The notes beneath the pieces are model-generated. The model was not told the DNA's origin. It made no database searches and saw nothing but the letters and a program-made list of their open reading frames with translations. 64,000 bases of DNA. Source: an uncultured delta proteobacterium (GTDB lineage Bacteria; Desulfobacterota; Syntrophia; Syntrophales; UBA2192). Location of the stretch: positions 1 to 64,000 of the forward strand of contig CAVPJD010000034.1 in the NCBI GenBank assembly GCA_963705165.1. The letters run 5' to 3'. Numbering within the stretch: the first letter of the stretch is position 1; every line of letters starts with the position of its first letter. A program made the translations under genes and the position numbers. Shown here piece after piece: positions 10,531 through 21,082 of this stretch.

Positions 10531-10845
10531 ATGAAAAAGAGCTACACCATTATCCGTTTTCTTTTTGCCCTCATGATGATCGCCGCCTTTATGGCCTGCG
10601 CATCGACACCGCAACAGTCAAGCACGGGGGAAGTTGTCGATGATTCCGTCATTACGACCAAAATAAAAACCCAGCTCGCGAGTGACGAATTTCTCAAGTC
10701 ATTCCAGATCAGCGTCGAAACCCGCAAAGGCATCGTTGAGCTGAGCGGCTTCGTTGACTCTCAAAAGGCTAAAGACAAGGCGGGCCAGATCGCACGCGGT
10801 GTCGAGGGGGTCAAATCCGTCCAGAATGCCCTCATCGTGAAATAG
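10531..10845 (+). CDS. BON domain lipoprotein (OsmY-like)
   Basis: Lipobox FMAC, DDSVITTKIK, VELSGFVDS, VEGVKSVQNAL. Confidence 0.92.
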   Translation: MKKSYTIIRFLFALMMIAAFMACASTPQQSSTGEVVDDSVITTKIKTQLASDEFLKSFQISVETRKGIVELSGFVDSQKAKDKAGQIARGVEGVKSVQNALIVK

Positions 10846-10851
10846 GCATAA

Positions 10852-11094
<243 letters not shown>

Positions 11095-11143
11095 CTGTGA
11101 GTAGCCTTGTGATCATATGATGGAACTTGCATCCGGATAGAAC

Positions 11144-11250
11144 ATGACTTTCATCAGACCTTGTTCCATCTTCCGATTTCCATCCTGGGGTTCAGCAGCG
11201 GATGTGCGACCTTGCCGGATGTCTCTGAAAAGCTTGACGCGGCGCTGACT
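11144..11250 (+). pseudogene. Possible N-terminal remnant of a lipoprotein
   Basis: ILGFSSGC-ATLPDVSEKLDAAL lipobox-like stretch, out of frame with ATG 11144 and running into the convergent bla gene. Confidence 0.3.
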
Positions 11251-11281
11251 GCCCGGGTTCCTGGTCCGGGCCTTATGGGCC

Positions 11282-12307
11282 TTATCGGGGTGAAATAAGG
11301 AAGTAGTCGTACACGAGCCGTGCGATGTCTGCGATCACTGTTCCCCGGGTGTCGGGGGGCGCTTCCGAACCTTTGATAAACACGACGATGGCAATGTGAC
11401 CCTTACCATCCGGCAGCGCAATGAAGCCCACATCATTAACGGTGCCGGCGAGTGTCCCCGTCTTGTCGGCAACGACAGTCCCCGCAGGCAAACGGCCACG
11501 GATCCGTTTCAGTCCGGTCGTGCTGCTCTCCATCAAGGCAAGCAGCATGGTTCGTGCCGATTCGCTTACACCGTCCTTCATCCAGATCCTGCACAAGAGC
11601 CCCAGCATTGCAGTGGGGGTGGCCTGATCTCTCGGGTCGGCGTCATATGCAGGATTGGCCCTGTAAGCCTTTGCGCGGCGCTCTGCAGCCTGCTTGGTCG
11701 ACATCCTCCTGAATTGATCCGCCAGAGATGTCGCCGGCGACGCAGGGGCGGGGATTGACAAGACGTCGCGCAGCAGCTCCCTGATCGTTCGGGCCGGATA
11801 GATTTCCTTCAAACCCAGGGCTTGCAGATACGCATGGACGGCTGCCGGTCCCCCGGCTACCCGATAGAGAACGTCGGTAGAAGTGTTGTCGCTCTTCGTG
11901 ATCATGGGCTCGAGGAGGTCGGAAACAGTGAATGAAAGCCCGGGGCGCCAATGAATGTCTCCCAACGGGCCTTCCGGCACCAGCTCCGAGCGCTCCACCG
12001 GTATAAGCGATGTCAGCTTGATCTGCCCCTTATCCGCCATGTCGAGGATCTTTGCCGCAACAGCCACCTTTACCGTGCTGGCCATGGGGAAGATCTCGTC
12101 TGCATTGAAGACAACCCTGCGGCCGGTTTCCAGGTGGACGGCCGCGACGCCAACCGTTCCCCTGGCGGCCTTTCCGATCCGTCCGATCTCGGCAACCACC
12201 GCACTCATTTGAGGGCTCTGTGTCTCTTGAGCCCATGCCGGAGATCGCCCTGCAGCCAGGAGCGTAAAAAAAATCAGCCAACAGACCGAAAGGATTCGCT
12301 GTCTCAT
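11282..12307 (-). CDS. Class A beta-lactamase-like serine hydrolase with an atypical omega loop
   Basis: Signal peptide, FPMASTVK (SxxK), SDN, DKTGT and NDVG motifs. Confidence 0.88.
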   Translation of the reverse strand: MRQRILSVCWLIFFTLLAAGRSPAWAQETQSPQMSAVVAEIGRIGKAARGTVGVAAVHLETGRRVVFNADEIFPMASTVKVAVAAKILDMADKGQIKLTSLIPVERSELVPEGPLGDIHWRPGLSFTVSDLLEPMITKSDNTSTDVLYRVAGGPAAVHAYLQALGLKEIYPARTIRELLRDVLSIPAPASPATSLADQFRRMSTKQAAERRAKAYRANPAYDADPRDQATPTAMLGLLCRIWMKDGVSESARTMLLALMESSTTGLKRIRGRLPAGTVVADKTGTLAGTVNDVGFIALPDGKGHIAIVVFIKGSEAPPDTRGTVIADIARLVYDYFLISPR

Positions 12308-12411
12308 CCGCTTCGCCAATTGCGATTTTCTGTCTCTTGCCACGCTGTCGTCTCGACGCTGTCACGAAGGCAATCTCGGCGCAATGCCGGGTTCATCCTT
12401 CTATTGAGCCA

Positions 12412-13617
12412 TCAGGCTTCCGCGGCCGCCTCGAGGGCCTCGTCCAGGATCGAGAGGACCATCTCCGCCTCTCCGGGCGTGACGTTGAGGGCCGGGCAGA
12501 GGCGGATGACCTTCGTCTGGATCAGGTTGAGGATGAGGCCCCGCTTCAGGGCCTCGTTGAAGATCCGCTCTGCCGTTGCCGCATCGGCCATCTCCATGGC
12601 CAGCAGCAGCCCCCGCCCGCGCACATCCTGGATCATTTCCGGAAAGCGTTCTTTCCAGAGAAGCATCTGCTCGTGGATCAGCGCACCGACGCTCTTCACG
12701 TTCTGCTCGATGTCGTTGTCTATCAGGTGCCGGATCACGGCATGGGCCACTGCGCAGCCCAGGGGGTTTCCGCAGTAGGTACCGCCGTGGTCGCCCTTCT
12801 CGAGTTTTGCCGATACCTCTTCGGAGAGGGCGAAGGCGCCGAAGGGAAACCCCCCGGCGATCCCCTTGGCCAGGGTCATGAAATCCGGCTGGACACCCAA
12901 TTCCGTAACGGCAAACAGGGGTCCCGTCCGGCAGAATCCCGTCTGAACCTCGTCGACGATCAGGCAGGCACCCGCCTTTCGGCAAAGCTTTTCCACGTCC
13001 CGCAGGTAGCCTTCGGGCGGCACATTGACGCCCCCTTCGCCCTGGATGGGCTCGAGGATGACGGCGGCCGTGTTCCCGCCCAGCGCCCCGGCGATGGCCC
13101 CGACGTCGCCGTAGGGAACGAAGATGTAGTTGGGCATGAGCGGGTTGAAGCGCTCGCGGTGCTTGGCCTGGCCCGTGGCCGAGGCGGTGCTGATCGTCCG
13201 GCCGTGGAAGCTCTGCTCCGTCGAGACGACGTCCATCCGGCCCGTCACCTTTCGGGCCAGCTTGATCACGGCATCGTTTGCCTCGGCGCCGCTGCTGGCG
13301 AAAAAGACCCGCGTCAGGTTTGACGGAAGGATCTCGGAGAGAAGGGCGATGAGCTGCGCGCGGGCAGGCGAGTAGGTGAGGCCCGAGTTGGGGTTCTGGA
13401 TAATTTTCTGGCCCTGTTCCGTCAGGGCGCCTGTAATGGCGGGGTGTGCGTGCCCCAGGCAGGTGACGCCCCACCCTGCGGTGAAGTCGATGTAGCGCCT
13501 CCCCGACTCGTCCCAGACGTAGATCCCCTCGCCGCGCTCGATGGAAAGGGGGAGCTTGGTGAAGAAAGGCGGCATGTGACGGTCTTCTGTGGCGATGGTG
13601 TTCAATGGCTCTTTCAT
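12412..13617 (-). CDS. argD: Acetylornithine aminotransferase family (class III PLP)
   Basis: [49 protein letters not shown]. Confidence 0.85.
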   Translation of the reverse strand: MKEPLNTIATEDRHMPPFFTKLPLSIERGEGIYVWDESGRRYIDFTAGWGVTCLGHAHPAITGALTEQGQKIIQNPNSGLTYSPARAQLIALLSEILPSNLTRVFFASSGAEANDAVIKLARKVTGRMDVVSTEQSFHGRTISTASATGQAKHRERFNPLMPNYIFVPYGDVGAIAGALGGNTAAVILEPIQGEGGVNVPPEGYLRDVEKLCRKAGACLIVDEVQTGFCRTGPLFAVTELGVQPDFMTLAKGIAGGFPFGAFALSEEVSAKLEKGDHGGTYCGNPLGCAVAHAVIRHLIDNDIEQNVKSVGALIHEQMLLWKERFPEMIQDVRGRGLLLAMEMADAATAERIFNEALKRGLILNLIQTKVIRLCPALNVTPGEAEMVLSILDEALEAAAEA

Positions 13618-13847
13618 GGGTGCTCCTGTTGTCTGGTCGTTGCGATGCGAGTGGCCAAGGTTTGCGACAGACCCGGTTTCATTTTAACCTTTTTTTCTCT
13701 CCATCAATCAGGTACTCATTAAAAATAGTAAACTCGTCTTGGCGACTCACAGGGTCTCATCCCCGGTGGGCCTTTCCCGCGAATACCGTTCTTGTTTCCG
13801 GCCGGAATCATTCATCGGATATCAACTTTACGAAAAAGGAGGACACC

Positions 13848-14477
13848 ATGGATAAACCTCACACGTATTCTTTACCAAAACTGCCTTATGGTTACAAGGA
13901 ATTGACGCCGTACATTTCCGAAGAACAGCTTCAGCTCCACCATGAAAAGCATCATCAGGCCTATGTGACCGGTGCCAATGCCGTCTTCGAAAAGCTCGAA
14001 CAGAGCCGCAAGGCCGGCAGCGACCTCGACATGAAGGCGACCCTCAAGGAGCTTTCCTTCCACATCGGCGGGCACCTGCTCCACAGCCTCTTCTGGGCGA
14101 ACCTGGCCCCGGCGGGCAAGGGCGGCGGCGGGAAGCCGGCAGGTGTTCTGGGGGCGGCCATCGACAAGGAATTCGGCAACTTCGAGCGCTTCCAGAAGGA
14201 GTTTAGCCAGGCAGCCGTAAGCGCCGAGGGTTCCGGCTGGGCGGCTCTCGCCTTCTGCCAGCTCACCAACCGCCCCGTCATCATGCAGATCGAGAAGCAC
14301 AACGTGAACGTCTATCCCATGTTTTCGATCCTCCTGGTGCTCGACGTGTGGGAGCACGCCTACTACCTGGATTACAAGAACCTCCGGGCGAAGTTCGTCG
14401 AGGCCTTCTGGAGCCTCGTCAGCTGGGAGGAGGCGAACCGTCGGTTCACGGCCCTGCTCAAGGGTGTGACGATGTAG
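13848..14477 (+). CDS. sod: Fe/Mn superoxide dismutase
   Basis: [42 protein letters not shown] before ATG 13848. Confidence 0.97.
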   Translation: MDKPHTYSLPKLPYGYKELTPYISEEQLQLHHEKHHQAYVTGANAVFEKLEQSRKAGSDLDMKATLKELSFHIGGHLLHSLFWANLAPAGKGGGGKPAGVLGAAIDKEFGNFERFQKEFSQAAVSAEGSGWAALAFCQLTNRPVIMQIEKHNVNVYPMFSILLVLDVWEHAYYLDYKNLRAKFVEAFWSLVSWEEANRRFTALLKGVTM

Positions 14478-14544
14478 CGGCCCTGCCGGCGCCGTCCGGC
14501 ACAAGTGTCCCCTTGAACCCTCTCGAATTCGACAAGGAGAGATC

Positions 14545-15291
14545 ATGGTAAGAATCGACAACTGGCGCATCGTCATCGGCCTGGTGCTCGTTTTTCTTTC
14601 GGCATTGCTGTACTTCATCCATTTTCTGGTCTTCCGCGACGCCCATCACATCTTCATCTATCTCGTCGGGGACATCGCCTTCGTCTTTATCGAGGTCCTC
14701 CTCGTGACCATGATCATCGACCAGCTTCTGCATTCACGGGAGAAGCAGACCCTGCTGTTCAAGCTCAACATGATCATCGGGCTCTTCTTCACCGAGGCGG
14801 GCCGGGAACTGATCTCCCGGCTCTCGACGTTCTACCCCGACGTGGAGAAGATCCGGGCCGACCTCATCATGACGGAGCGCTGGAGCAAGGAGGATTTCGC
14901 GGCCCTGGAGAAGAGGCTCGAGACCCTCGACTACCGCATGGAAAGCCAGCGCGGGGACCTGGAGGGGCTGAGGGCTTTGCTCGGTGAGAAGCGGGATTTC
15001 CTCCTGAGGCTCCTGGAGAACCCAAATCTGCTTGAGCACGAGGAATTCACCGACCTGCTATGGGGGATCATCCATCTCGCCGAGGAGCTCATGTTTCGGA
15101 AGGACTTGGCGGCTCTTCCGAAAACGGATTACGCCCACCTGTCCGTGGACATGCGGCGGGCGTTCACCCGGCTCGTGCTGGGCTGGATCCGGTACATGGC
15201 TCACCTGAAGAAGGATTATCCCTACCTGTTTCACCTGGCCGTCCGGACGAACCCCTTCGACCCGACGGCGACCCCGGAGGTGAAGGATTGA
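14545..15291 (+). CDS. Conserved hypothetical membrane protein (2 N-terminal TM segments)
   Basis: GC3-biased ORF with AGGAG RBS; KLNMIIGLFF and LLENPNLLEHEEFTDLLW blocks. Confidence 0.8.
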   Translation: MVRIDNWRIVIGLVLVFLSALLYFIHFLVFRDAHHIFIYLVGDIAFVFIEVLLVTMIIDQLLHSREKQTLLFKLNMIIGLFFTEAGRELISRLSTFYPDVEKIRADLIMTERWSKEDFAALEKRLETLDYRMESQRGDLEGLRALLGEKRDFLLRLLENPNLLEHEEFTDLLWGIIHLAEELMFRKDLAALPKTDYAHLSVDMRRAFTRLVLGWIRYMAHLKKDYPYLFHLAVRTNPFDPTATPEVKD

Positions 15292-15357
15292 AGGGGTATT
15301 CCCCTGTGCTGGTCCGGCGCGGGCCGGCGCGGGCAATCGCCTGTCGGAGATGCTCTG

Positions 15358-16395
15358 ATGGATGTCATGGATGAGGCTCTGGATCTCCTGGAGGAAGCCG
15401 GGCCCGAGTACGGCCCTGGCTTTTCGAGCCACGCACCGATGGCCGCTGAGGCCCTGCTGGCCCTGGGGCGTGAGGGCGCCGTCATCGATTGGGTGACGGC
15501 ATACCGCAAGCGGCTGCCGGGCAACCCGGCGCCGGGTCTACCGGTCTTCAGCGGGTACTGGTTCGAGGCCCTCGGCGCGATCGGCCGCTATGCTGACTGG
15601 GTGGCCTGCTTCGAGGAGGAGCTTCGCGACGAGGACTGGTGTGCCGTGCTGAACATGTGGGTGCCGCGCCTGCTTCCCGGCATGGTCGGGGCGGCATGGC
15701 ACGGCGCCATCCGCACGGGGCACGCCGTCCGCAGCCTCAACCGGGATCAATCCCCCGGAAAGCTCCGGGAGCTTGCCCGGGCCCTGGCATACTGGGCCGC
15801 ACGATATCAATCGCTGCCGGGGTTCCCGGTGCCCAAGGTGGATGTTCGCAATCCGCTTGCCGCAATCGACGAGGTCGTGCCCCTTCCCGACGAGGCGCGC
15901 CTGATGAAGGGCCTCATCTACGACAAGGTTCGGAGGCTCAACGGGTTTACGCCCTTCGAGCGGGTGATCAATCTCACGGGGCCGCCCGACGACATCACGC
16001 CGTTTACCGTCGATTTGCTCGAGGCGTTCGTGCGCGTCTACCTGGCGAATGCAACGACCCGGGGAAGCGTCATTACCTTCATCCACGGGGTGACGGGGCC
16101 CGGGGCCGTCTATCTCATGGCTGCCTGCCTGCTGCCCGATATCAGCCGCATTGCCCTGCGCTACGCCTGGCAGGCCTCGGCGGCACTCTACGCTGCGATC
16201 GGGCGCGAAGTTGACAGGGCCCCCTACGATGTCTATGATGAACCAGTAGAGGATCTCGTCACGCGCGCCGTCGAGACGGGCGACGAGCATGCCGTCAAGT
16301 TCACCGAGGTGTGCCTCCGGGCGCACCGCATCGATCCGCGGCCGATCTTCCTCGTGGCGGCCCGACACGCCGTCGAACACCTAAAAAGGGCGTAG
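15358..16395 (+). CDS. Questin oxidase-like (DUF4243-like) protein
   Basis: SHAPMAAEAL, AWHGAIRTGH, FIHGVT and GDEHAVKF His motifs. Confidence 0.75.
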   Translation: MDVMDEALDLLEEAGPEYGPGFSSHAPMAAEALLALGREGAVIDWVTAYRKRLPGNPAPGLPVFSGYWFEALGAIGRYADWVACFEEELRDEDWCAVLNMWVPRLLPGMVGAAWHGAIRTGHAVRSLNRDQSPGKLRELARALAYWAARYQSLPGFPVPKVDVRNPLAAIDEVVPLPDEARLMKGLIYDKVRRLNGFTPFERVINLTGPPDDITPFTVDLLEAFVRVYLANATTRGSVITFIHGVTGPGAVYLMAACLLPDISRIALRYAWQASAALYAAIGREVDRAPYDVYDEPVEDLVTRAVETGDEHAVKFTEVCLRAHRIDPRPIFLVAARHAVEHLKRA

Positions 16396-16472
16396 AGGCG
16401 AGGGTGTAGGGTGTAGGCAATAAAGCAGCCAACAGATTCTTTCTGACGACTGTCGGCTGTAGGCTGCGAAAT

Positions 16473-16535
16473 GACCAGATAGACCAAATAGACCAGACAG
16501 ACCAAATAGACCAGACAGACCAGATAGACCAGATA
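16473..16535 (+). repeat. 9-nt tandem repeat GACCARAYA x7
   Basis: gaccagata gaccaaata gaccagaca gaccaaata gaccagaca gaccagata gaccagata. Confidence 0.9.
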
Positions 16536-16558
16536 GACTATCCCCCTTGGAGGTACAC

Positions 16559-16945
16559 ATGAAACTCAGCGAATACTTCGAGAAAGCGACCGGCTTGGGC
16601 ATTCTGGCCACGTCGGACTCGGCGGGGGCCGTCGATGCGGCCGTTTATGCCAAACCCCATTTCATCGACGAGGAGACGGTGGCCTTCATCATGGCCGACA
16701 AGCTCACCCACCACAACGTCCAGCAAAATCCCCGTGCCGCCTATCTCTTCAAGGAGGCCGGTGAAAAGTACGTGGGAAAGCGGCTCTATCTCAGAAAGAC
16801 GAAAGAAGTCCAGGACCCGGAAGCGGTCCACGAGATGCGCCGGAAGAAATACCCCGAGGTCTCCGGGAAATACAGCGACGAGAACAAGTTCATCGTCACC
16901 TTCAAGATCGACAAGGTGTTGCCGCTCGTGGGGGACAAGGAATAA
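16559..16945 (+). CDS. Pyridoxamine 5'-phosphate oxidase-like FMN-binding protein
   Basis: GILATSDSAG...AVYAKPH, HNVQQNPRAAYLF; GGAGG RBS. Confidence 0.85.
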   Translation: MKLSEYFEKATGLGILATSDSAGAVDAAVYAKPHFIDEETVAFIMADKLTHHNVQQNPRAAYLFKEAGEKYVGKRLYLRKTKEVQDPEAVHEMRRKKYPEVSGKYSDENKFIVTFKIDKVLPLVGDKE

Positions 16946-16950
16946 AAAAT

Positions 16951-17033
16951 AGCCGACAGCCAACAGCCAACAGCAGACAGGCTCAGGGTGCCACTTTTAT
17001 TACCTGTCGGCTGTAGACTGTAGGCTGCAGGCT
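16951..17033. repeat. Inverted pair of 7-nt tandem arrays
   Basis: agccgac agccaac agccaac agcagac at 16951-16978 and ctgtcgg ctgtaga ctgtagg ctgcagg at 17004-17031. Confidence 0.8.
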
Positions 17034-17050
17034 GATTTGCGGAGCAAATC

Positions 17051-17962
17051 ATGAAGATTCTGATGACCGGCGGCACGGGGTTTGTGGGGACTACGCTTGT
17101 CCGCGAACTGACGGCGAAGGGCCACTCGGTGACGGTGCTCATGCGCAAGGTCGAGGCCGGGGTCAGTCTTCCCCCGGGCGCAATCTCCCTGGAGGGCGAC
17201 CCCACGATCCGGGGGGCTTGGCAGGAGCGGGTCCCGGAGCACGAGGCCTTCATCAACCTTGCCGGCGCCTCGATCTTCACCCGGTGGACCGACGAGGCGA
17301 AACGAGTCATCCGGGAGAGCCGCATCCTCACCACGAGGCACCTCGTGGAGGCCATGGCGCCGCGAAAGGGCAGGGAGACGCACCTCTTCAGCACCTCCGG
17401 CGCGGGCTTCTACGGCTATCACGGAGACGAGGAGCTCTCCGAAGAGTCGCCGCCGGGGACCGACTTTCTCGCCATGCTTTCCCGGGAATGGGAGGCCGAG
17501 GCCGTCAAGGCAAAGGAACACGGCGTCCGGGTCGTGCTGTGCCGCTTCGGCATCGTCATGGGGCGAAACGGCGGCATGCTGGGCGAGATCGTCCCGATTT
17601 TCAGGATGTTTCTGGGGGCCAACCTCGGGAGCGGCAACCAGTGGCTTTCCTGGGTGCATGAGACGGACCTGGCCCGGATATTCCTTTTCCTGCTGGAAAA
17701 CCGGGGCCTCGAGGGGCCGCTCAACTGCACGGCGCCTGAACCCGTCCGGAACAGCGAGTTCACGGAGACGCTCGGCAAGGTCCTGGGAGTGCCCACCTTC
17801 CTGCCACCCGTTCCCGGTTTCATGCTTCGACTGATGAAGGGAGAGTTCGGGGGCGTCATCCTCGAGGGTCAGCGGGTGCTTCCCCGGAGGCTCCTGGCTG
17901 CGGGCTTCCAGTTCCATTACCCCACACTGAAAGAGGCCTTAACAGAAATCCTGAATAAGTAG
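17051..17962 (+). CDS. TIGR01777-like NAD-dependent epimerase (YfcH family)
   Basis: TGGTGFVG, INLAGASI, RWT..KRVIRESR, GSGNQWLSWVH. Confidence 0.92.
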   Translation: MKILMTGGTGFVGTTLVRELTAKGHSVTVLMRKVEAGVSLPPGAISLEGDPTIRGAWQERVPEHEAFINLAGASIFTRWTDEAKRVIRESRILTTRHLVEAMAPRKGRETHLFSTSGAGFYGYHGDEELSEESPPGTDFLAMLSREWEAEAVKAKEHGVRVVLCRFGIVMGRNGGMLGEIVPIFRMFLGANLGSGNQWLSWVHETDLARIFLFLLENRGLEGPLNCTAPEPVRNSEFTETLGKVLGVPTFLPPVPGFMLRLMKGEFGGVILEGQRVLPRRLLAAGFQFHYPTLKEALTEILNK

Positions 17963-17980
17963 AACGTGGGATCGACCGGC

Positions 17981-20050
17981 ATGAAATCGGATCAAAAATC
18001 AAACCGGCTCATCCGCGAAAAGAGCCCCTATCTCATTCAGCACGCCCACAACCCCGTGGACTGGTACCCCTGGTCCGACGAGGCCTTCGAGCGGGCCCGG
18101 ACGGAAAACAAGCCGATCTTCCTCTCCGTCGGGTACTCCACGTGCCACTGGTGCCACGTCATGGCCCACGAGTCCTTCGAGGATGCCGAGGTGGCCCGGC
18201 TCATGAACGAGGCCTTCGTCTGCATAAAGGTCGACCGCGAGGAGCGGCCCGATGTGGACGGGATCTACATGAGCGTCTGCCAGATCATGACGGGCAGCGG
18301 CGGCTGGCCCCTGACCATCCTCATGACGCCCGAGCGCAAGCCCTTCTTTGCCGGCACCTACATCCCGAAGGAAAACCGGCATGGGCGCATCGGGATGATC
18401 GAGCTTATCCAGGGGGTCGAGCGGATCTGGAAAACCCGACACGCAGACGTGCTCTCGTCGGCCGAGCAGGTCACGTTGGCTTTGCAGCAGGTCTCCAACG
18501 AGTCCTCGGCGGGCGACCCGCCCGGCAATACGGCCTGCCGCGCGGCCTATGAAACGCTTGCCGGGCAATTCGACAAGTCCAACGGAGGGTTCGGCGCGGC
18601 CCCCAAGTTTCCCTCGCCGCATCACTTCCTCTTTCTTCTGCGCTACTGGAAGCGCACCGGCGAGCCGGCAGCCCTCGAGATGGTCGAGAAGAGCCTCACG
18701 GCCATGCGCCGCGGCGGTGTCTACGATCATCTCGGCTACGGGTTTCACCGCTATTCGACCGATGCGCGGTGGCGCCTTCCCCACTTCGAGAAGATGCTCT
18801 ACGACCAGGCCATGCTCTCCATGGCCTTCCTGGAGGCCTTTCAGGCGACGGGCAAGACGCTCTACGCCGAGACGGCCGGGGAGATCTTCACCTACGTGCT
18901 GCGGGAGCTGAAGGCACCGGGGGGCGGCTTCTATTGCGCCGAGGATGCCGACAGCGAAGGCGAGGAGGGGAAGTTCTACCAGTGGACCGAATCGGAGATT
19001 CGGTCGGTTCTGGATGCCGACGAAGCGGCCCTCGTCATCGGGACCTTCGGGATCGAGAAGGACGGCAACTTCCTCGACGAGGCCACCCGACAGCGAACAG
19101 GCCGCAATGTCCTCTTCCTGGCCAAATCGCCCGAAGAAGTGGCCCGCAAAACGCTCGAGGGCGCGCGGGAGAAACTCTTCCGGGCCAGGGAGCGCCGCGT
19201 CAGGCCGGGGCTGGACGACAAGATCCTCACGGACTGGAACGGGCTCATGATCGCCGCCATGGCAAAGGGTGCCCAGGTGCTCGACCGGCCGGATTGGGCC
19301 GAGGCCGCAGCGGAGGCCGCGCGCTTTGTACTTACACGCCTGAGGGATAAGCGGGGCAGGCTTCTGCACCGGTATCGGGAGGGCGAGGCTGCCGTGCCCG
19401 CGATGCTCGACGATTATGCCTTCCTCATCTGGGGGCTCCTGGAGCTCTACGAGGCGAGCTTCGATGCCGAAACGCTAAAGAACGCGCTCGAACTTGCCGA
19501 TAATACTATAAATCATTTCCTTGATGAAAAAGACGGGGGCTTCTTCTTCACGGCCGACGACGGCGAGGAGATCCTCTTCAGGCAGAAGGACAGCTACGAC
19601 GGGGCGATCCCCTCGGGCAACTCCTTATTCATGCTCGATCTTTTGCGCCTGTCGCGTATCACGGGCAGATCGGACCTGGAGCAGAAGGCCATTGGCGTCT
19701 CCCGGGCCTTTGCCCGCAATATCGGGCAGATCCCCTCGGCCTATTCGCAGCTCATGGTGGCCCTGGAGTTCCTCGAAGGCCCCTCTTTCGAGATTGTCAT
19801 CGCCGGCAAGCCGGGGGCGCAGGACACGCAAGCGATGCTGGATGCGGTGAGGCGATCCTTCCTGCCCAACCGGGTCCTGTTGCTGAGGCCGCAGGGGGCC
19901 GGGTCGGGCGCGATTGCGGCCATTGCACCCTACACGAAGGACATGAAGGCCGAAGGGGGCAGGGCAACGGCTTACGTGTGCCGGAATTTCGCCTGCACAA
20001 AGCCGGTCCGGACCGTGGATGAAATGTTGGGGCTTCTCAAGGTCCCGTGA
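17981..20050 (+). CDS. YyaL/SSP411 thioredoxin-domain protein
   Basis: [53 protein letters not shown]. Confidence 0.95.
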   Translation: MKSDQKSNRLIREKSPYLIQHAHNPVDWYPWSDEAFERARTENKPIFLSVGYSTCHWCHVMAHESFEDAEVARLMNEAFVCIKVDREERPDVDGIYMSVCQIMTGSGGWPLTILMTPERKPFFAGTYIPKENRHGRIGMIELIQGVERIWKTRHADVLSSAEQVTLALQQVSNESSAGDPPGNTACRAAYETLAGQFDKSNGGFGAAPKFPSPHHFLFLLRYWKRTGEPAALEMVEKSLTAMRRGGVYDHLGYGFHRYSTDARWRLPHFEKMLYDQAMLSMAFLEAFQATGKTLYAETAGEIFTYVLRELKAPGGGFYCAEDADSEGEEGKFYQWTESEIRSVLDADEAALVIGTFGIEKDGNFLDEATRQRTGRNVLFLAKSPEEVARKTLEGAREKLFRARERRVRPGLDDKILTDWNGLMIAAMAKGAQVLDRPDWAEAAAEAARFVLTRLRDKRGRLLHRYREGEAAVPAMLDDYAFLIWGLLELYEASFDAETLKNALELADNTINHFLDEKDGGFFFTADDGEEILFRQKDSYDGAIPSGNSLFMLDLLRLSRITGRSDLEQKAIGVSRAFARNIGQIPSAYSQLMVALEFLEGPSFEIVIAGKPGAQDTQAMLDAVRRSFLPNRVLLLRPQGAGSGAIAAIAPYTKDMKAEGGRATAYVCRNFACTKPVRTVDEMLGLLKVP

Positions 20051-20086
20051 TATAATGCACGAAATTTTTCAAAAAGGAGTACACCC

Positions 20087-20449
20087 ATGAAGAAGTCGGC
20101 CTCGGCGCGTTTCCTGGTCATTCTGGTTTCCGCCCTCTTTGCCCTCAGCCTGCCGCACCTGGCTCTGGCACACAGCCCGCAGAAAGTCGATTTGTCCTAC
20201 GACTTCGCCAGCCAGACCCTCGTCGTGAAGATCACCCACACTTCCAACAACCCCGACAGGCATTTTGTCAAAGAGGTGGTGGTGAAGAAAAACGGCCAGG
20301 TGGTCCAGCGCGGGGAATACACCAAGCAGGTGGGCGACACCTTTACCTACACCTACAAGATGGCTGCAACGGGCGCCGACACGATCGAGGTGACGGCTGT
20401 CTGCAGCATCCATGGCTCGACGACGCAGAAACTCAACCCCGGCGTGTAA
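20087..20449 (+). CDS. Exported small beta-rich protein with superoxide-reductase-like His/Cys ligands
   Basis: Signal peptide ending ALA|HSP; H-x7-H (HTSNNPDRH) and C-x2-H-G (CSIHG). Confidence 0.65.
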   Translation: MKKSASARFLVILVSALFALSLPHLALAHSPQKVDLSYDFASQTLVVKITHTSNNPDRHFVKEVVVKKNGQVVQRGEYTKQVGDTFTYTYKMAATGADTIEVTAVCSIHGSTTQKLNPGV

Positions 20450-20519
20450 AGCGCCAAGACCGACAGCCGGCTGGCCCGGCGCCGATCGGGGTTGCGGAGC
20501 GGAGCAAAGGAGGGGAATC

Positions 20520-20933
20520 GTGCTCCTGTACCTCCATGCCGGTCTCATGATCGCAGGTCTTACTCTCATGACGGCGGGCGTGACCGTCGCCCGCCTCATG
20601 AGGAAAAAACCCTGGTGGCTCCGCGGGCACAGGGCGCTGGGGGCCTGCGGCTCTCTTTCAGTTGTCGGCGGTTTCGTGACTGCCCTCGTCATGGTGGCCG
20701 GCTTCGGCGGGCCACACTTCCAGGTGCTTCATGCCTGGGCGGGGGCGCTCGTGGTGCTGGCTGCGACCGCAACGCCCGTCCTGGGCCAGCTCCAGTTCGT
20801 CCTGAAGGAGCGGCGTGCGGAGATCCGGAAGATCCACCGCTGGGCCGGCGCCATCACGCTGATCCTCATCTCCCTCAACATCATTTCCGGATTGGTGCTT
20901 GCGGGGATCATCCCCGATATGAGATCCTTTTAA
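20520..20933 (+). CDS. Cytochrome b561-like 4-TM protein
   Basis: GTG start after GGAGGGG; four helix-associated His (HAGLM, WLRGHR, HAWAG, HRWAG). Confidence 0.75.
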   Translation: MLLYLHAGLMIAGLTLMTAGVTVARLMRKKPWWLRGHRALGACGSLSVVGGFVTALVMVAGFGGPHFQVLHAWAGALVVLAATATPVLGQLQFVLKERRAEIRKIHRWAGAITLILISLNIISGLVLAGIIPDMRSF

Positions 20934-21082
20934 AAAGCCGCAAGGCAAGGCCGCGGTGCGGCAGTCTAAAGAAGTGTCTAAGTGTCTGAGTGAAGAGCTG
21001 GAGGAGAGAACCAACCTCGCAATTCATCCTGTTGACCCTGTCCCCGCTACCCTCTACCCTAAACCCGATACCCTGGATTCCC

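Noticed and set aside
16473..16535. Possible CRISPR array
   Set aside because: Contiguous 9-nt units with no spacers and no cas genes in the window.
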